DNA of 64,000 nt from Coleofasciculus chthonoplastes F2-STO-03. Its GTDB lineage: Bacteria > Cyanobacteriota > Cyanobacteriia > Cyanobacteriales > Coleofasciculaceae. The notes under the pieces were generated by a model. It saw nothing but the letters and a program-made list of their open reading frames with translations, searched no databases and was not told the DNA's origin. The stretch lies in assembly GCA_040222015.1 (NCBI GenBank), contig JAVJWO010000108.1, forward strand, positions 1-64,000. Direction: 5' to 3'. This document shows positions 1 to 9,340 of the stretch, in pieces. Made by a program: the position numbers and the translations under genes. Each line of letters starts with the position of its first letter. Within the stretch, counting starts at the first letter, position 1.

Positions 1-80
1 AAGAGAATTAATATTAGCTTACAACAAGCAAGTTGTCAATAATAAACTGGCGATTCATCAGAAAATTTAAATGGATTTTT

Positions 81-94
81 GTAACTTTTAATAC
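81..94 (+). promoter_or_regulatory. Putative NtcA binding site (GTA-N8-TAC)
   Basis: GTAACTTTTAATAC matches the NtcA consensus and lies upstream of a nitrogen-assimilation operon. Confidence 0.65.
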
Positions 95-143
95 ATTTTC
101 ATCCAATCAAATAATAGTAATTATAAATAAAGCGAAATAGAAT

Positions 144-281
144 TAGCTTCTAGGGTTCCGATTTCAGATTCAACCGCTGAAATGACTGGTCCGAGAGAAG
201 CAGGTTACCCCAAAAAGATTTTCATCCATCCTCATGGAGCATAAAATCGGTAGCCCCACGGCGGGAGAAAAGCCCGGGAGA
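144..281 (+). ncRNA. Guanidine-I (ykkC-yxkD) riboswitch aptamer
   Basis: Conserved motifs CTAGGGTTCCG, TGGTCCGAGAG and CACGGCGGGAGAAAAGCCCGGGAG, upstream of guanidine hydrolase. Confidence 0.93.
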
Positions 282-330
282 TGTTGGCGAAGGTAAAAGT
301 CGTCAGTCTCCTGGGTATTTTTTCTGTTTT
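273..330 (+). terminator. Riboswitch expression-platform terminator
   Basis: CCCGGGAGATGTTGGCGA...TCGTCAGTCTCCTGGG stem overlaps the aptamer 3' end and is followed by a T-rich tract. Confidence 0.75.
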
Positions 331-356
331 TTGGTGACATTAATCTGGAGAAATTT

Positions 357-1550
357 ATGAGTGAGTCATTTCCATTTCAACGCCCGAATCACAACCCCGA
401 TGGATACCCCAGCGAAGCTCAACGTGCTTTAGAACGAGAACAACAACTACCCTTAACCGGCTGGCAACAAGAAGTCAAGCAAGGGTTAGACTACGGTTTA
501 GAAGCCGCTGAAAGTATCCGCGATCGCACGATTCCTACGTTTTCGCGAGGTGAATTGCCCCACTATGCTGGGATTAATACTTTTATGAAAGCGCCCTATT
601 TAGAAGACGTGCGTCAAGTTGGCAATTATGACGTAGCGATTATCGGGGTTCCCCATGATTCCGGTACAACCTATCGCCCGGGTACGCGGTTTGGTCCCCA
701 AGGGATTCGTCGGATTAGCGCCTTATATACGCCTTATAATTTTGAATTAGGCGTGGATTTACGCGAACAAATTACCCTCTGTGATGTGGGCGATATTTTT
801 ACGATTCCGGCGAATAATGAAAAGTCCTTTGATCAAATCTCCAAGGGAATTGCTCACGTTTTTAGTTCCGGTGCATTCCCGATTATTTTAGGTGGCGATC
901 ATTCCATTGGATTTGCCACGGTGCGGGGAATTTGTCGGCATCTGGGGGATAAAAAAGTGGGCATTATTCACTTTGATCGCCATGTCGATACCCAAGAAAC
1001 CGATCTCGATGAACGGATGCATACCTGTCCCTGGTTTCACGCCACTAATATTAAAAATGCTCCGGCTAAAAACCTAGTCCAACTGGGAATTGGTGGCTGG
1101 CAAGTCCCGCGTCAAGGGGTTAAAGTTTGTCGAGAACGAGCTACGAATATTCTCACTGTTACCGATATTACAGAAATGGGATTAGATGCGGCAGCAGATT
1201 TTGCGATAAAACGCGCTACTGATGGGACAGATTGTGTCTGGATTAGTTTTGATATTGATTGTATTGATGCTGGATTTGTTCCCGGAACCGGGTGGCCCGA
1301 ACCTGGTGGGTTACTGCCCCGTGAAGCCCTCTATCTGCTTAAGAAAATTGTCCAAAATGTTCCCGTTTGTGGCTTAGAAGTGGTCGAAGTTTCACCGCCC
1401 TATGATATTAGTGATATGACCTCTCTCATGGCAACCCGGGTAATTTGTGACACGATGGGTCATTTAGTGGTATCGGGTCAGCTTCCTCGCCAGGAAAAGC
1501 CTGATTACATTCAAATGAATTATCAAGCTGAAATGGTGGAATGGGTTTAA
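357..1550 (+). CDS. gdmH: Ni-dependent guanidine hydrolase (arginase/agmatinase family)
   Basis: GGDHS, DRHVD and SFDIDCIDAG ureohydrolase motifs; HTCPW; riboswitch upstream and HypA/HypB homologues downstream. Confidence 0.9.
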   Translation: MSESFPFQRPNHNPDGYPSEAQRALEREQQLPLTGWQQEVKQGLDYGLEAAESIRDRTIPTFSRGELPHYAGINTFMKAPYLEDVRQVGNYDVAIIGVPHDSGTTYRPGTRFGPQGIRRISALYTPYNFELGVDLREQITLCDVGDIFTIPANNEKSFDQISKGIAHVFSSGAFPIILGGDHSIGFATVRGICRHLGDKKVGIIHFDRHVDTQETDLDERMHTCPWFHATNIKNAPAKNLVQLGIGGWQVPRQGVKVCRERATNILTVTDITEMGLDAAADFAIKRATDGTDCVWISFDIDCIDAGFVPGTGWPEPGGLLPREALYLLKKIVQNVPVCGLEVVEVSPPYDISDMTSLMATRVICDTMGHLVVSGQLPRQEKPDYIQMNYQAEMVEWV

Positions 1551-1602
1551 TTACTTTGAGTAGGAAATGGCAGAAATTGAGAAAATTGGGGAGGGATAAA
1601 GC

Positions 1603-1968
1603 GTGCATGAAACCGATATGACTAAAGCATTAATTTTGACAGTCCGCCAATGGTGGGAGGAACAACCCTCTCGTCCGCAAATTGATACCATTCACCTCAC
1701 CGTAGGGCAATTCACTTGTGTAGAACCTGCTAGTTTGCAATTTGCGTTTGCGGCACAGACTCAAACGGGTTTTTTAGAGGGGGTAAAGTTAGCTATTCAC
1801 GAAACGTCTTTGGTCGCCTTCTGTCACGCCTGTCAAGAGGAATACAAACCCGAAATCGGATTGCACTATTCTTGTCCCAGTTGTCAATCTCCGATGGAGG
1901 ATATTCGTTCGGGACGAGAACTGAAAATCGATCGCATTGAATATGCTCAATCTTGTGTTGAAATGTAA
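1603..1968 (+). CDS. ghaA: HypA-like nickel chaperone
   Basis: MHE N-terminus, two CxxC motifs, GRELKI. Confidence 0.88.
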   Translation: MHETDMTKALILTVRQWWEEQPSRPQIDTIHLTVGQFTCVEPASLQFAFAAQTQTGFLEGVKLAIHETSLVAFCHACQEEYKPEIGLHYSCPSCQSPMEDIRSGRELKIDRIEYAQSCVEM

Positions 1969-2064
1969 GGAGGTGAGTAAACTTAAAGTTGACGGCAGAG
2001 ATGTCATTTGTCATTCGTCATTTGTCATTTGTCATTTGTTATTACTTATTCAGCCTAATTAACA

Positions 2065-2733
2065 ATGCACCAAACCGTTGAAGCTGCTTTAGAAATTAAC
2101 TTACTCCACGCTAACCAAGCAGGAGCCAATCACAATCGCGCCCATTTTGATCAGTGGGGAATTACCTGTCTGAATATCATGAGTAGCCCCGGTGCGGGGA
2201 AAACAGTGCTGTTAGAGCGTACCCTAGCCGCCCTGAATCATGACTTAAAAATGGCAGTCATTGAAGGGGATATGACAACTGAATTAGACGCCGAACGGCT
2301 GCGTCAATACGGCGTTCCTGTGATTGCGATTAATACCGGACGTTCCTGTCATCTTGACTCAAAGATGGTATCAGGAGGACTTCACACGTTAGCAGCGGAA
2401 TACAATCCAGCAGAATTGGATCTGGTTTTTGTCGAGAATGTCGGTAATCTGGTTTGTCCGGCTGAATTTGAAGTGGGAGAACATGGCAAGGTTGCACTGA
2501 TAAGTGTCACCGAGGGAGAGGATAAACCCTTAAAATATCCAATCATGTTTCAAGAAGCAGACTGCTTATTAATTAGCAAAATCGACTTAGCCCCTTACCT
2601 GGACATTGATCTCAACCGTCTGGAATCTAACGTGCGTCAAATCAATCCCCAGGTTACGATTATTCGGCTCTCGGCGAAAACAGGTGCAGGATTAGAAACC
2701 TGGTTGACTTGGTTGAAAAATCAGGTCAAATAA
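2065..2733 (+). CDS. ghaB: HypB-like nickel-delivery GTPase
   Basis: [12 protein letters not shown] and [12 protein letters not shown] motifs. Confidence 0.9.
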   Translation: MHQTVEAALEINLLHANQAGANHNRAHFDQWGITCLNIMSSPGAGKTVLLERTLAALNHDLKMAVIEGDMTTELDAERLRQYGVPVIAINTGRSCHLDSKMVSGGLHTLAAEYNPAELDLVFVENVGNLVCPAEFEVGEHGKVALISVTEGEDKPLKYPIMFQEADCLLISKIDLAPYLDIDLNRLESNVRQINPQVTIIRLSAKTGAGLETWLTWLKNQVK

Positions 2734-2819
2734 TCAAAATCTCTATCTAATGGATGAATCCTGAACCGCGTTGAATGGGTTATCATCCTAGAGTTCAAGT
2801 TCTAAATTCTCAATTAAGT

Positions 2820-3251
2820 ATGTTCAGGATAATCAATAAAGTTTCGGATAATTTTCAACGATACCGGGCGAAAAAGATACTGTCAGTTCTTTTGTCAATG
2901 GCGTTAGTGGCATTGACTTGGACAGGCACATTATTTAATGCCATGCCTACAGCCCAGGCTTTAAACGTGAAAACGACACCATTTATCGTTGCTGATAGTA
3001 ACCCCGTTGACGAAGTATTCGGTTCGGGAACCAGCGACCAAATTCAAGGGAAAGCCAAAGAAGATATTGGCACGATGGAACGAAATATGGGCAAAGCCAA
3101 GGAAGATATTAAAGGTGCAGCTAAGCAAGCCCAAGGGCGGGCGGAGCAAGATACAGGTCGGGTTAAAAATCGCGCTGAAGATGCAGGGTCGGATATGGAA
3201 AAGGCGTCTGACAATTTAGGCGATGCGATTAAGAGTTTGTTTGGGGAATAG
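2820..3251 (+). CDS. CsbD/LEA-like secreted stress protein (start uncertain)
   Basis: Signal-like N-terminus; DQIQGKAKE..G.....G CsbD-like segment. Confidence 0.65.
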   Translation: MFRIINKVSDNFQRYRAKKILSVLLSMALVALTWTGTLFNAMPTAQALNVKTTPFIVADSNPVDEVFGSGTSDQIQGKAKEDIGTMERNMGKAKEDIKGAAKQAQGRAEQDTGRVKNRAEDAGSDMEKASDNLGDAIKSLFGE

Positions 3252-3386
3252 TAACCTAGCCAACCTAAACGGATTGGCGAAAAACTCCTGAATAAATGGT
3301 AAAATCGGCTAGTCAAGAACCGCTTTGCTGACTTCAGTAGAAATGTCCTCAGGGGCGTTTCTGCTGAATACGTTTATTTTTGCCTT

Positions 3387-4046
3387 ATGACGGCTCTTTC
3401 CCCTATTGTTAAACCGATTAGCCAGATGAAGCTAGCACCCGGCAGTGCTGTGACAATTCCTAATGTCAACTGGCAGGAATTTGAGTCCATTTTGTCAGAG
3501 TTAGGAGAAAAACGTGCCGCCAGACTTGCTTACAGCCAGGGAACGTTAGAAATTATGGTTCCTTTACCTGAGCATGAAAAACCAAAGGATATTATTTCAG
3601 ATATCGTCAAGCTATTGCTTAAGGCGACAAGTAGGCGATATGAACCCTTTGGTTCAACGACGTTTAAAAAAGAAGGTGTCGCAGGGGTTGAACCAGATGC
3701 CTGTTTCTATATCCAAAATTATCAACAAATGATTGGTCGTCGCCGACTTGAACCCGATGATCCACCGCCGGATTTGGCAATTGAGTCAGATGTTACCTCG
3801 AAAACAACATTGGATGCTTATCAAGCGATTGGCGTTCCCGAAGTCTGGGTTTATGATAGTGGCAAGTTAATAATTTATATTTTAATTGAAGGAGACTATA
3901 GACAATCTGATAGTAGTCCGACGTTTCCAGACATTTCGATCACCCAGGTTATCCCGGCTACCATAAAACGGTCATGGCAAGTGGGACATGTTCAGGCGTT
4001 AGAGGAATTTGAAAGCGCGATCGCAAGATGGACGTTGGAGAAGTAG
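3387..4046 (+). CDS. Uma2 family endonuclease-like protein
   Basis: EPDACFY, PPDLAIE and GVPEVW motifs. Confidence 0.88.
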   Translation: MTALSPIVKPISQMKLAPGSAVTIPNVNWQEFESILSELGEKRAARLAYSQGTLEIMVPLPEHEKPKDIISDIVKLLLKATSRRYEPFGSTTFKKEGVAGVEPDACFYIQNYQQMIGRRRLEPDDPPPDLAIESDVTSKTTLDAYQAIGVPEVWVYDSGKLIIYILIEGDYRQSDSSPTFPDISITQVIPATIKRSWQVGHVQALEEFESAIARWTLEK

Positions 4047-4288
4047 GGCGGTTCAAACCGCAGCTACACAAACTAAACCCGCCTGCGCGGGTTTCACAAA
4101 TTCCATTCGCCAGGGTTTGTTTGAGGTTCTTAATGAGTGTACTAAGCTGTTATGCTGCTGAGTATGGGAATTATTATCTGGTTTCAGACGCGATCGCATT
4201 CCCGGCGCTAATTTTAATCCCTCATAGGAATTCACGGAAATTCCAACATTTCAATAAAATAATTGTAGGGGCACGGCATTGCCGTGCC

Positions 4289-5178
4289 CTTTCAATTCCT
4301 GATAGGGATTCAGGGGAATTTAGACTTGCGATCGCGACGCCCGATCGCGCCATACCTGCTTGTTTCAATCCCTGATAGGGATTCAGGGGAATTTAGACTT
4401 CAAGGCTGAGTCACAGCGCCGGAAGAAGGAAGTTTCAATCCCTGATAGGGATTCAGGGGAATTTAGACATCCGAATCAGGCAACGATCCAAAAAGAGATC
4501 AAGGTTTCAATCCCTGATAGGGATTCAGGGGAATTTAGACAATTCTTGTTTCTCGGCAGGTGTGAGACTGTCTGTTTCAATCCCTGATAGGGATTCAGGG
4601 GAATTTAGACCTTAGTGATATCAGCGATCGCACCTTTAGGCTAGTTTCAATCCCTGATAGGGATTCAGGGGAATTTAGACCTAAATCAAAAACTATTTGC
4701 TATGTAGCCATGATGTTTCAATCCCTGATAGGGATTCAGGGGAATTTAGACCACACGAGATCATAAGGACAAAGCCTATAAAAGTGTTTCAATCCCTGAT
4801 AGGGATTCAGGGGAATTTAGACAATATCTAACAGAGATCTTATATCTTTCTCCATCCGTTTCAATCCCTGATAGGGATTCAGGGGAATTTAGACCTCAAC
4901 GACAATCTTTTAAGTACAGCTCAATTAGTTTCAATCCCTGATAGGGATTCAGGGGAATTTAGACTGTTCTTTAAGCCATTCAGAAAATTTTATTCCAAGT
5001 TTCAATCCCTGATAGGGATTCAGGGGAATTTAGACCTATTTATTATTAACGGAAGATGCTTAAATGTTGTTTCAATCCCTGATAGGGATTCAGGGGAATT
5101 TAGACCAAATTGGGAGGAACACGGCAAACGCCAAAATCATCGTTTCAATCCCTGATAGGGATTCAGGGGAATTTAGAC
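4289..5178 (-). CRISPR. CRISPR array: 13 repeats of 37 bp (GTCTAAATTCCCCTGAATCCCTATCAGGGATTGAAAC), 12 spacers of 33-36 bp; I-D-like repeat; no adjacent cas genes
   Basis: Identical repeats with unique spacers; degenerate trailer repeat at 4289; the ATTGAAAC 3' end gives minus orientation; subtype inferred from repeat style. Confidence 0.97.
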
Positions 5179-5460
5179 TGCCGACCTCTGAAACGCTTAC
5201 TGTATTTAGTTTTCAAGGTACAAATCCGAGAACCTCCACTTAATATATCATTTCCAGCTTCAGCCGACAAGAGGTATCCAAAAACCAACCCATTCAAACC
5301 CAGTCCCAGTAATGCTTTCAGCGTTTCCGAGAACCTCACGCTGAGGCGGATTCCCTCAAACCCAGATGAGACAAGAAATACAGCCCAAAACTCAGACTCG
5401 CGAAAAAAAACACCTACCCCCTCTCGGATTTCATCGAAAATTGGGGTTGGTAAGGGGGCG
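5179..5460 (-). promoter_or_regulatory. Probable CRISPR leader
   Basis: Non-coding region next to the conserved end of the array; boundaries approximate. Confidence 0.6.
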
Positions 5461-5556
5461 AATGGAAACCCCTGTCATTTATGTATGGGGCGGGTTTAGT
5501 CACATCTAGGTGCAACCGAAAAGATAGTTGTAAAACCCGCCCCTACACAATCTCCC

Positions 5557-5588
5557 TTGACTCTCCCTTCGACTGGAGACTTTATCCT
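5557..5588 (+). promoter_or_regulatory. MerR-family-type promoter/operator of the Cu-ATPase
   Basis: TTGACT-20 bp-TATCCT with dyad TCTCC-N8-GGAGA in the over-long spacer. Confidence 0.7.
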
Positions 5589-5736
5589 ATAAATATACAC
5601 CATTCAGACGTGCCATTGCTCCCCTGTATCCACTTCAGCCACAACCCTCACCCATCCTAGTTTTCAGCTATGAGAACCCAGAGCCCCAGACGCCCCATGG
5701 CGCGTCTCTACAAACTGCTACTACCAGGAGTCAACC

Positions 5737-8115
5737 ATGGAAACCAGCCATCTACGACTACAAGGAATGAGTTGCGCCTCTTGCGCCGCCACCATTGAAC
5801 AAGCCATACAAGGTGTTTCTGGCGTTGTTGACTGTAATGTTAACTTTGCCATGGAACAAGGTTCTGTAACCTATAATCCCAAAGCGACAAATTTAGACAG
5901 CATCCAAAAAGCCGTCGCCGATGCTGGATATGGGGCGCACCCCTTAGATACCACCCGAATGGGTGAAGACACCGACGCCGAAAAATCCGCACGAGAAGCC
6001 CATCAACGGGATCTCAAACGTAAAGTTATTGTCAGCGGCGTTATCAGTCTCCTCCTCGTCGTTGGTTCACTTCCGGCGATGACAGGATTACACATTCCCT
6101 ATTTTCCCTCCTGGCTGCATAATGCTTGGGTGCAACTGGTTTTAAGTACACCTGTACTCTTTTGGTGCGGTCAATCCTTCTTTGTCGGCGCGTGGAAAGC
6201 CTTTAAACGCCATGGCGCGGATATGAATACACTGGTAGCGCTGGGGACAGGTTCCGCTTATTTCTATTCTCTATTTGTTACATTTTTCCCTGGCTTTTTA
6301 ATCGCCCAAGGGCTGTCACCGGATGTCTACTACGAACCCGCCGCCGTGATTATTACCCTCATTTTATTAGGGCGACTGTTGGAAAATAGGGCAAAAGGTC
6401 AAACCTCAGAAGCGATTCGTAAGTTAATGGGATTACAGGCAAAAAACGCGCGAGTCATTCGGAAAGGAGAAGAGGTTGATATTCCCATTGAACAGGTAAT
6501 CGTCGATGATATTATTGTTGTGCGCCCTGGGGAAAAGATTCCTGTGGATGGAGAAGTGGTTGATGGTGCATCCACGATTGATGAATCCATGGTTACGGGT
6601 GAACCTATCCCGGTGAAAAAACAAGCCGGGGATGAAGTGATTGGCGCTACGATTAATAAAACCGGTAGTTTTAAATTACGCGCCTCACGAGTGGGAAAAG
6701 ATACCGTATTGGCGCAAATAGTCCAATTAGTCCAAGAGGCGCAAGGGTCAAAAGCCCCGATTCAGAAACTCGCGGATCAAGTGACAGGCTGGTTTGTACC
6801 GGTTGTGATTGCGGTTGCGATCGCGACCTTTTTGATCTGGTTTAATGTGATGGGTAATATTACCCTTGCCACGATTACCACGGTTGGCGTTTTAATTATT
6901 GCTTGTCCCTGTGCCTTAGGATTAGCTACTCCGACATCGATTATGGTTGGCACGGGTTTAGGCGCAGAAAATGGCATTTTAATTAAAGGGGGAGACAGTT
7001 TAGAAATTGCCCATAAACTCCAGGCAATTGTCCTGGATAAAACGGGTACGATTACCGAAGGAAAACCCAGTGTAACTGACTATGTAACCGTCAAAGGAAC
7101 CGCAGATAGTTATGAAATTAAACTCCTGCGATTAGCCGCCGCTGTGGAACGGCTTTCAGAACATCCCTTAGCCGAAGCCATTGTTAACTATGCCAAATCT
7201 CAAGGCGTAGAATTCCCCTTACCCGACGTACAAAACTTTGAAGCCGTAGCCGGAATGGGCGTACAAGGTGAAGTGGAGAATCACCGGATTCAAATTGGCA
7301 CTCAACGCTGGATGGATGCATTAGAAATTGATACCCAATCCCTACAATCCCAGAAACAAACCTGGGAAGCGGCGACAAAAACAACGGCTTGGATTGCTGT
7401 GGATGGTAAGATGGAGGGATTAGTCGGTATTGCTGACGCCTTAAAACCCTCCTCCGTCGAGGCGGTAAAGAAACTGCAACGCCTGGGGTTGCAAGTAGTG
7501 ATGTTAACAGGGGATAATCAACAAACAGCAGACGCGATCGCACGAGAAATTGGTATCCAGCACGTCTTTGCCGAAGTGCGCCCCGATCAGAAATCGGATG
7601 TCATCCGTTCCCTACAAAGTCAAGCGATTAAGAAGACTCCACAATCAACAAATAGCCAGGGCGGGTTTAGTAAAATTAGTGGTTTTTTCCTAAACCTTAT
7701 CGGTAAAACCCGCCCCTACACTATCAACAATCAACATTCAAATCGTATTGTTGCCATGGTAGGCGATGGCATTAATGACGCCCCAGCCTTAGCCCAAGCG
7801 GATGTGGGAATAGCTATTGGTACGGGTACGGATGTGGCTATGGCAGCCAGTGATATTACCCTAATTTCCGGGGATTTAAACGGGGTGGTTACGGCAATTC
7901 AACTCAGCCAAGCCACGATGCAAAATATTCGCCAAAATCTGTTTTTTGCCTTTATTTATAACACCGCAGGAATTCCGATTGCGGCGGGAATTCTTTATCC
8001 GTTTTTTGGTGTATTGTTGAATCCAATTATCGCCGGGGGAGCCATGGCACTGAGTTCAATCTCTGTGGTCACAAATGCATTACGATTACGGAATTTTAAG
8101 CCCAAAATTCTGTAG
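5737..8115 (+). CDS. pacS: Copper-translocating P1B-type ATPase (PacS/CopA-like)
   Basis: GMSCASC HMA domain, [23 protein letters not shown] and MALSS motifs. Confidence 0.92.
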   Translation: METSHLRLQGMSCASCAATIEQAIQGVSGVVDCNVNFAMEQGSVTYNPKATNLDSIQKAVADAGYGAHPLDTTRMGEDTDAEKSAREAHQRDLKRKVIVSGVISLLLVVGSLPAMTGLHIPYFPSWLHNAWVQLVLSTPVLFWCGQSFFVGAWKAFKRHGADMNTLVALGTGSAYFYSLFVTFFPGFLIAQGLSPDVYYEPAAVIITLILLGRLLENRAKGQTSEAIRKLMGLQAKNARVIRKGEEVDIPIEQVIVDDIIVVRPGEKIPVDGEVVDGASTIDESMVTGEPIPVKKQAGDEVIGATINKTGSFKLRASRVGKDTVLAQIVQLVQEAQGSKAPIQKLADQVTGWFVPVVIAVAIATFLIWFNVMGNITLATITTVGVLIIACPCALGLATPTSIMVGTGLGAENGILIKGGDSLEIAHKLQAIVLDKTGTITEGKPSVTDYVTVKGTADSYEIKLLRLAAAVERLSEHPLAEAIVNYAKSQGVEFPLPDVQNFEAVAGMGVQGEVENHRIQIGTQRWMDALEIDTQSLQSQKQTWEAATKTTAWIAVDGKMEGLVGIADALKPSSVEAVKKLQRLGLQVVMLTGDNQQTADAIAREIGIQHVFAEVRPDQKSDVIRSLQSQAIKKTPQSTNSQGGFSKISGFFLNLIGKTRPYTINNQHSNRIVAMVGDGINDAPALAQADVGIAIGTGTDVAMAASDITLISGDLNGVVTAIQLSQATMQNIRQNLFFAFIYNTAGIPIAAGILYPFFGVLLNPIIAGGAMALSSISVVTNALRLRNFKPKIL

Positions 8116-8202
8116 GGGCGACCCGCTGAAATCAATGAACAACTCAAATCTATTCAATTTTATCGGGTCGCCCTTTACTACCCTTGAGGAGGAATCAAAC
8201 CA

Positions 8203-8436
8203 ATGGTAACTATACCTAAAATCTTAGCCTATCTGATTAGTTTAGGACTTATATTCGGAGTTGCTGTTAATCCGGCTACGGCTAAACTATCAGAACATCC
8301 GTCCCAGAAAACGAGTCAATTTAGCAAAATTGAGCAACCGTTACTCCTGAAAGTGAGTGTTACTTTAGGGGGAGTTGTATTAATTGGTGCAGAACTTTGG
8401 TGGTTTTTATTGAGCAAACATCAATCCAATATGTAG
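8203..8436 (+). CDS. Small membrane protein resembling the N-terminal part of cupredoxin-domain proteins that follow pacS; possibly truncated
   Basis: LGGVVLIGAELWWFLLSK motif; ORF ends in a palindromic repeat (stop supplied by GTAGAGACG). Confidence 0.5.
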   Translation: MVTIPKILAYLISLGLIFGVAVNPATAKLSEHPSQKTSQFSKIEQPLLLKVSVTLGGVVLIGAELWWFLLSKHQSNM

Positions 8437-8461
8437 AGACGCGCCATGGCGCGTCTCTACA
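8432..8461. repeat. GTAGAGACGCGCCATGGCGCGTCTCTAC REP-like palindrome family (representative copy)
   Basis: Further copies or variants near 5690, 16360, 25335, 27380, 38957 and 51355. Confidence 0.85.
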
Positions 8462-8468
8462 ATGGTGA

Positions 8469-8642
8469 CTAAATGGATACAAAAGCGTCTTCAGTCAGCG
8501 TTGACGTATTAATTCCACTCAACATGGCTAAGGTTTGACCGTTGTAACGAATCTCGTTCCCTTGGAAGAACAAATCGTTAAAGGTGACACCGTTGGTTAA
8601 ACCCAGTTTGTCTCCTTGACCTAAACTAAAGTCAGTGATCCA
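8469..8642 (-). pseudogene. C-terminal fragment of an RTX/Ca-binding secreted protein
   Basis: Manual translation WITDFSLGQGDKLGLTNGVTFNDL...QTLAMLSGINTSTLTEDAFVSI*; preceded by an in-frame stop, no start codon. Confidence 0.65.
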
Positions 8643-8923
8643 TTACGGGCAAATAATAAATGGCAACTTAATTAACGGTCAACTGATGAAATATTATGTC
8701 TTGACAAGATGACACAAGTATGGATTTAATGAAATTTGCTTGAGTTTTTATGGAAGTTCGCTTTTGTTCTCCTTTTTATTGGCTTAAGGCTGGTGGGTTT
8801 CGACTTCGCTCAACCCACCCTACGATATATCAAGGGTTTTGATGCTCCCCAAATGCTTAAGTGGGAAAAGTGCGTTACGCTACGCTAACACACCCTACAC
8901 ATAGGGGCTTTGTGTAAGTCCTA

Positions 8924-9163
8924 TATCAGCTAGGCAAGCTAACTCTGCCGCAGTCCCCCGAAATCTATTTACCACAACAGCGGGTTCGCCATCAAATTGC
9001 TAGCCTTAGTCTCGATGAGGATAGTGTTGCTCAACTTATCAAGCTGCCTTTATTACACCGTGATCCCTTTGATAGAATGCTTATCTGTCAGGCTTTGCAC
9101 CATCGCTTAACCATTGCCACCGTCGATCAAAATATTCGTGCCTACTCAATCAGTGTTATTTAA
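8924..9163 (+). pseudogene. C-terminal fragment of a VapC/PIN toxin
   Basis: Manual translation YQLGKLTLP...LPLLHRDPFDRMLICQA...TVDQNIRAY; 5' part replaced by repeat elements. Confidence 0.75.
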
Positions 9164-9340
9164 CTAGGTTAGTGGAAATAAACTCAACTAAATTAAGTTT
9201 GGTAAACCCGCCTTAAATCCTTACAAATGACAAATGACGTAGCTTGCTTCTCGCTTGCGCGAGTATGACGAATGACAAATGATGATCCCTACCGTTAACT
9301 TTAATGAAAGTCCAACTACTTAGCTAGGTGACGAATCTTT

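Noticed and set aside
1603..2733. hypA/hypB as evidence of a hydrogenase cluster
   Set aside because: No hydrogenase genes nearby; the context indicates nickel loading of guanidine hydrolase.
4028..5499. ORFs 4028-4375, 4360-4587 and 5110-5499
   Set aside because: They run through CRISPR repeats, REP elements or the leader; translation artefacts.
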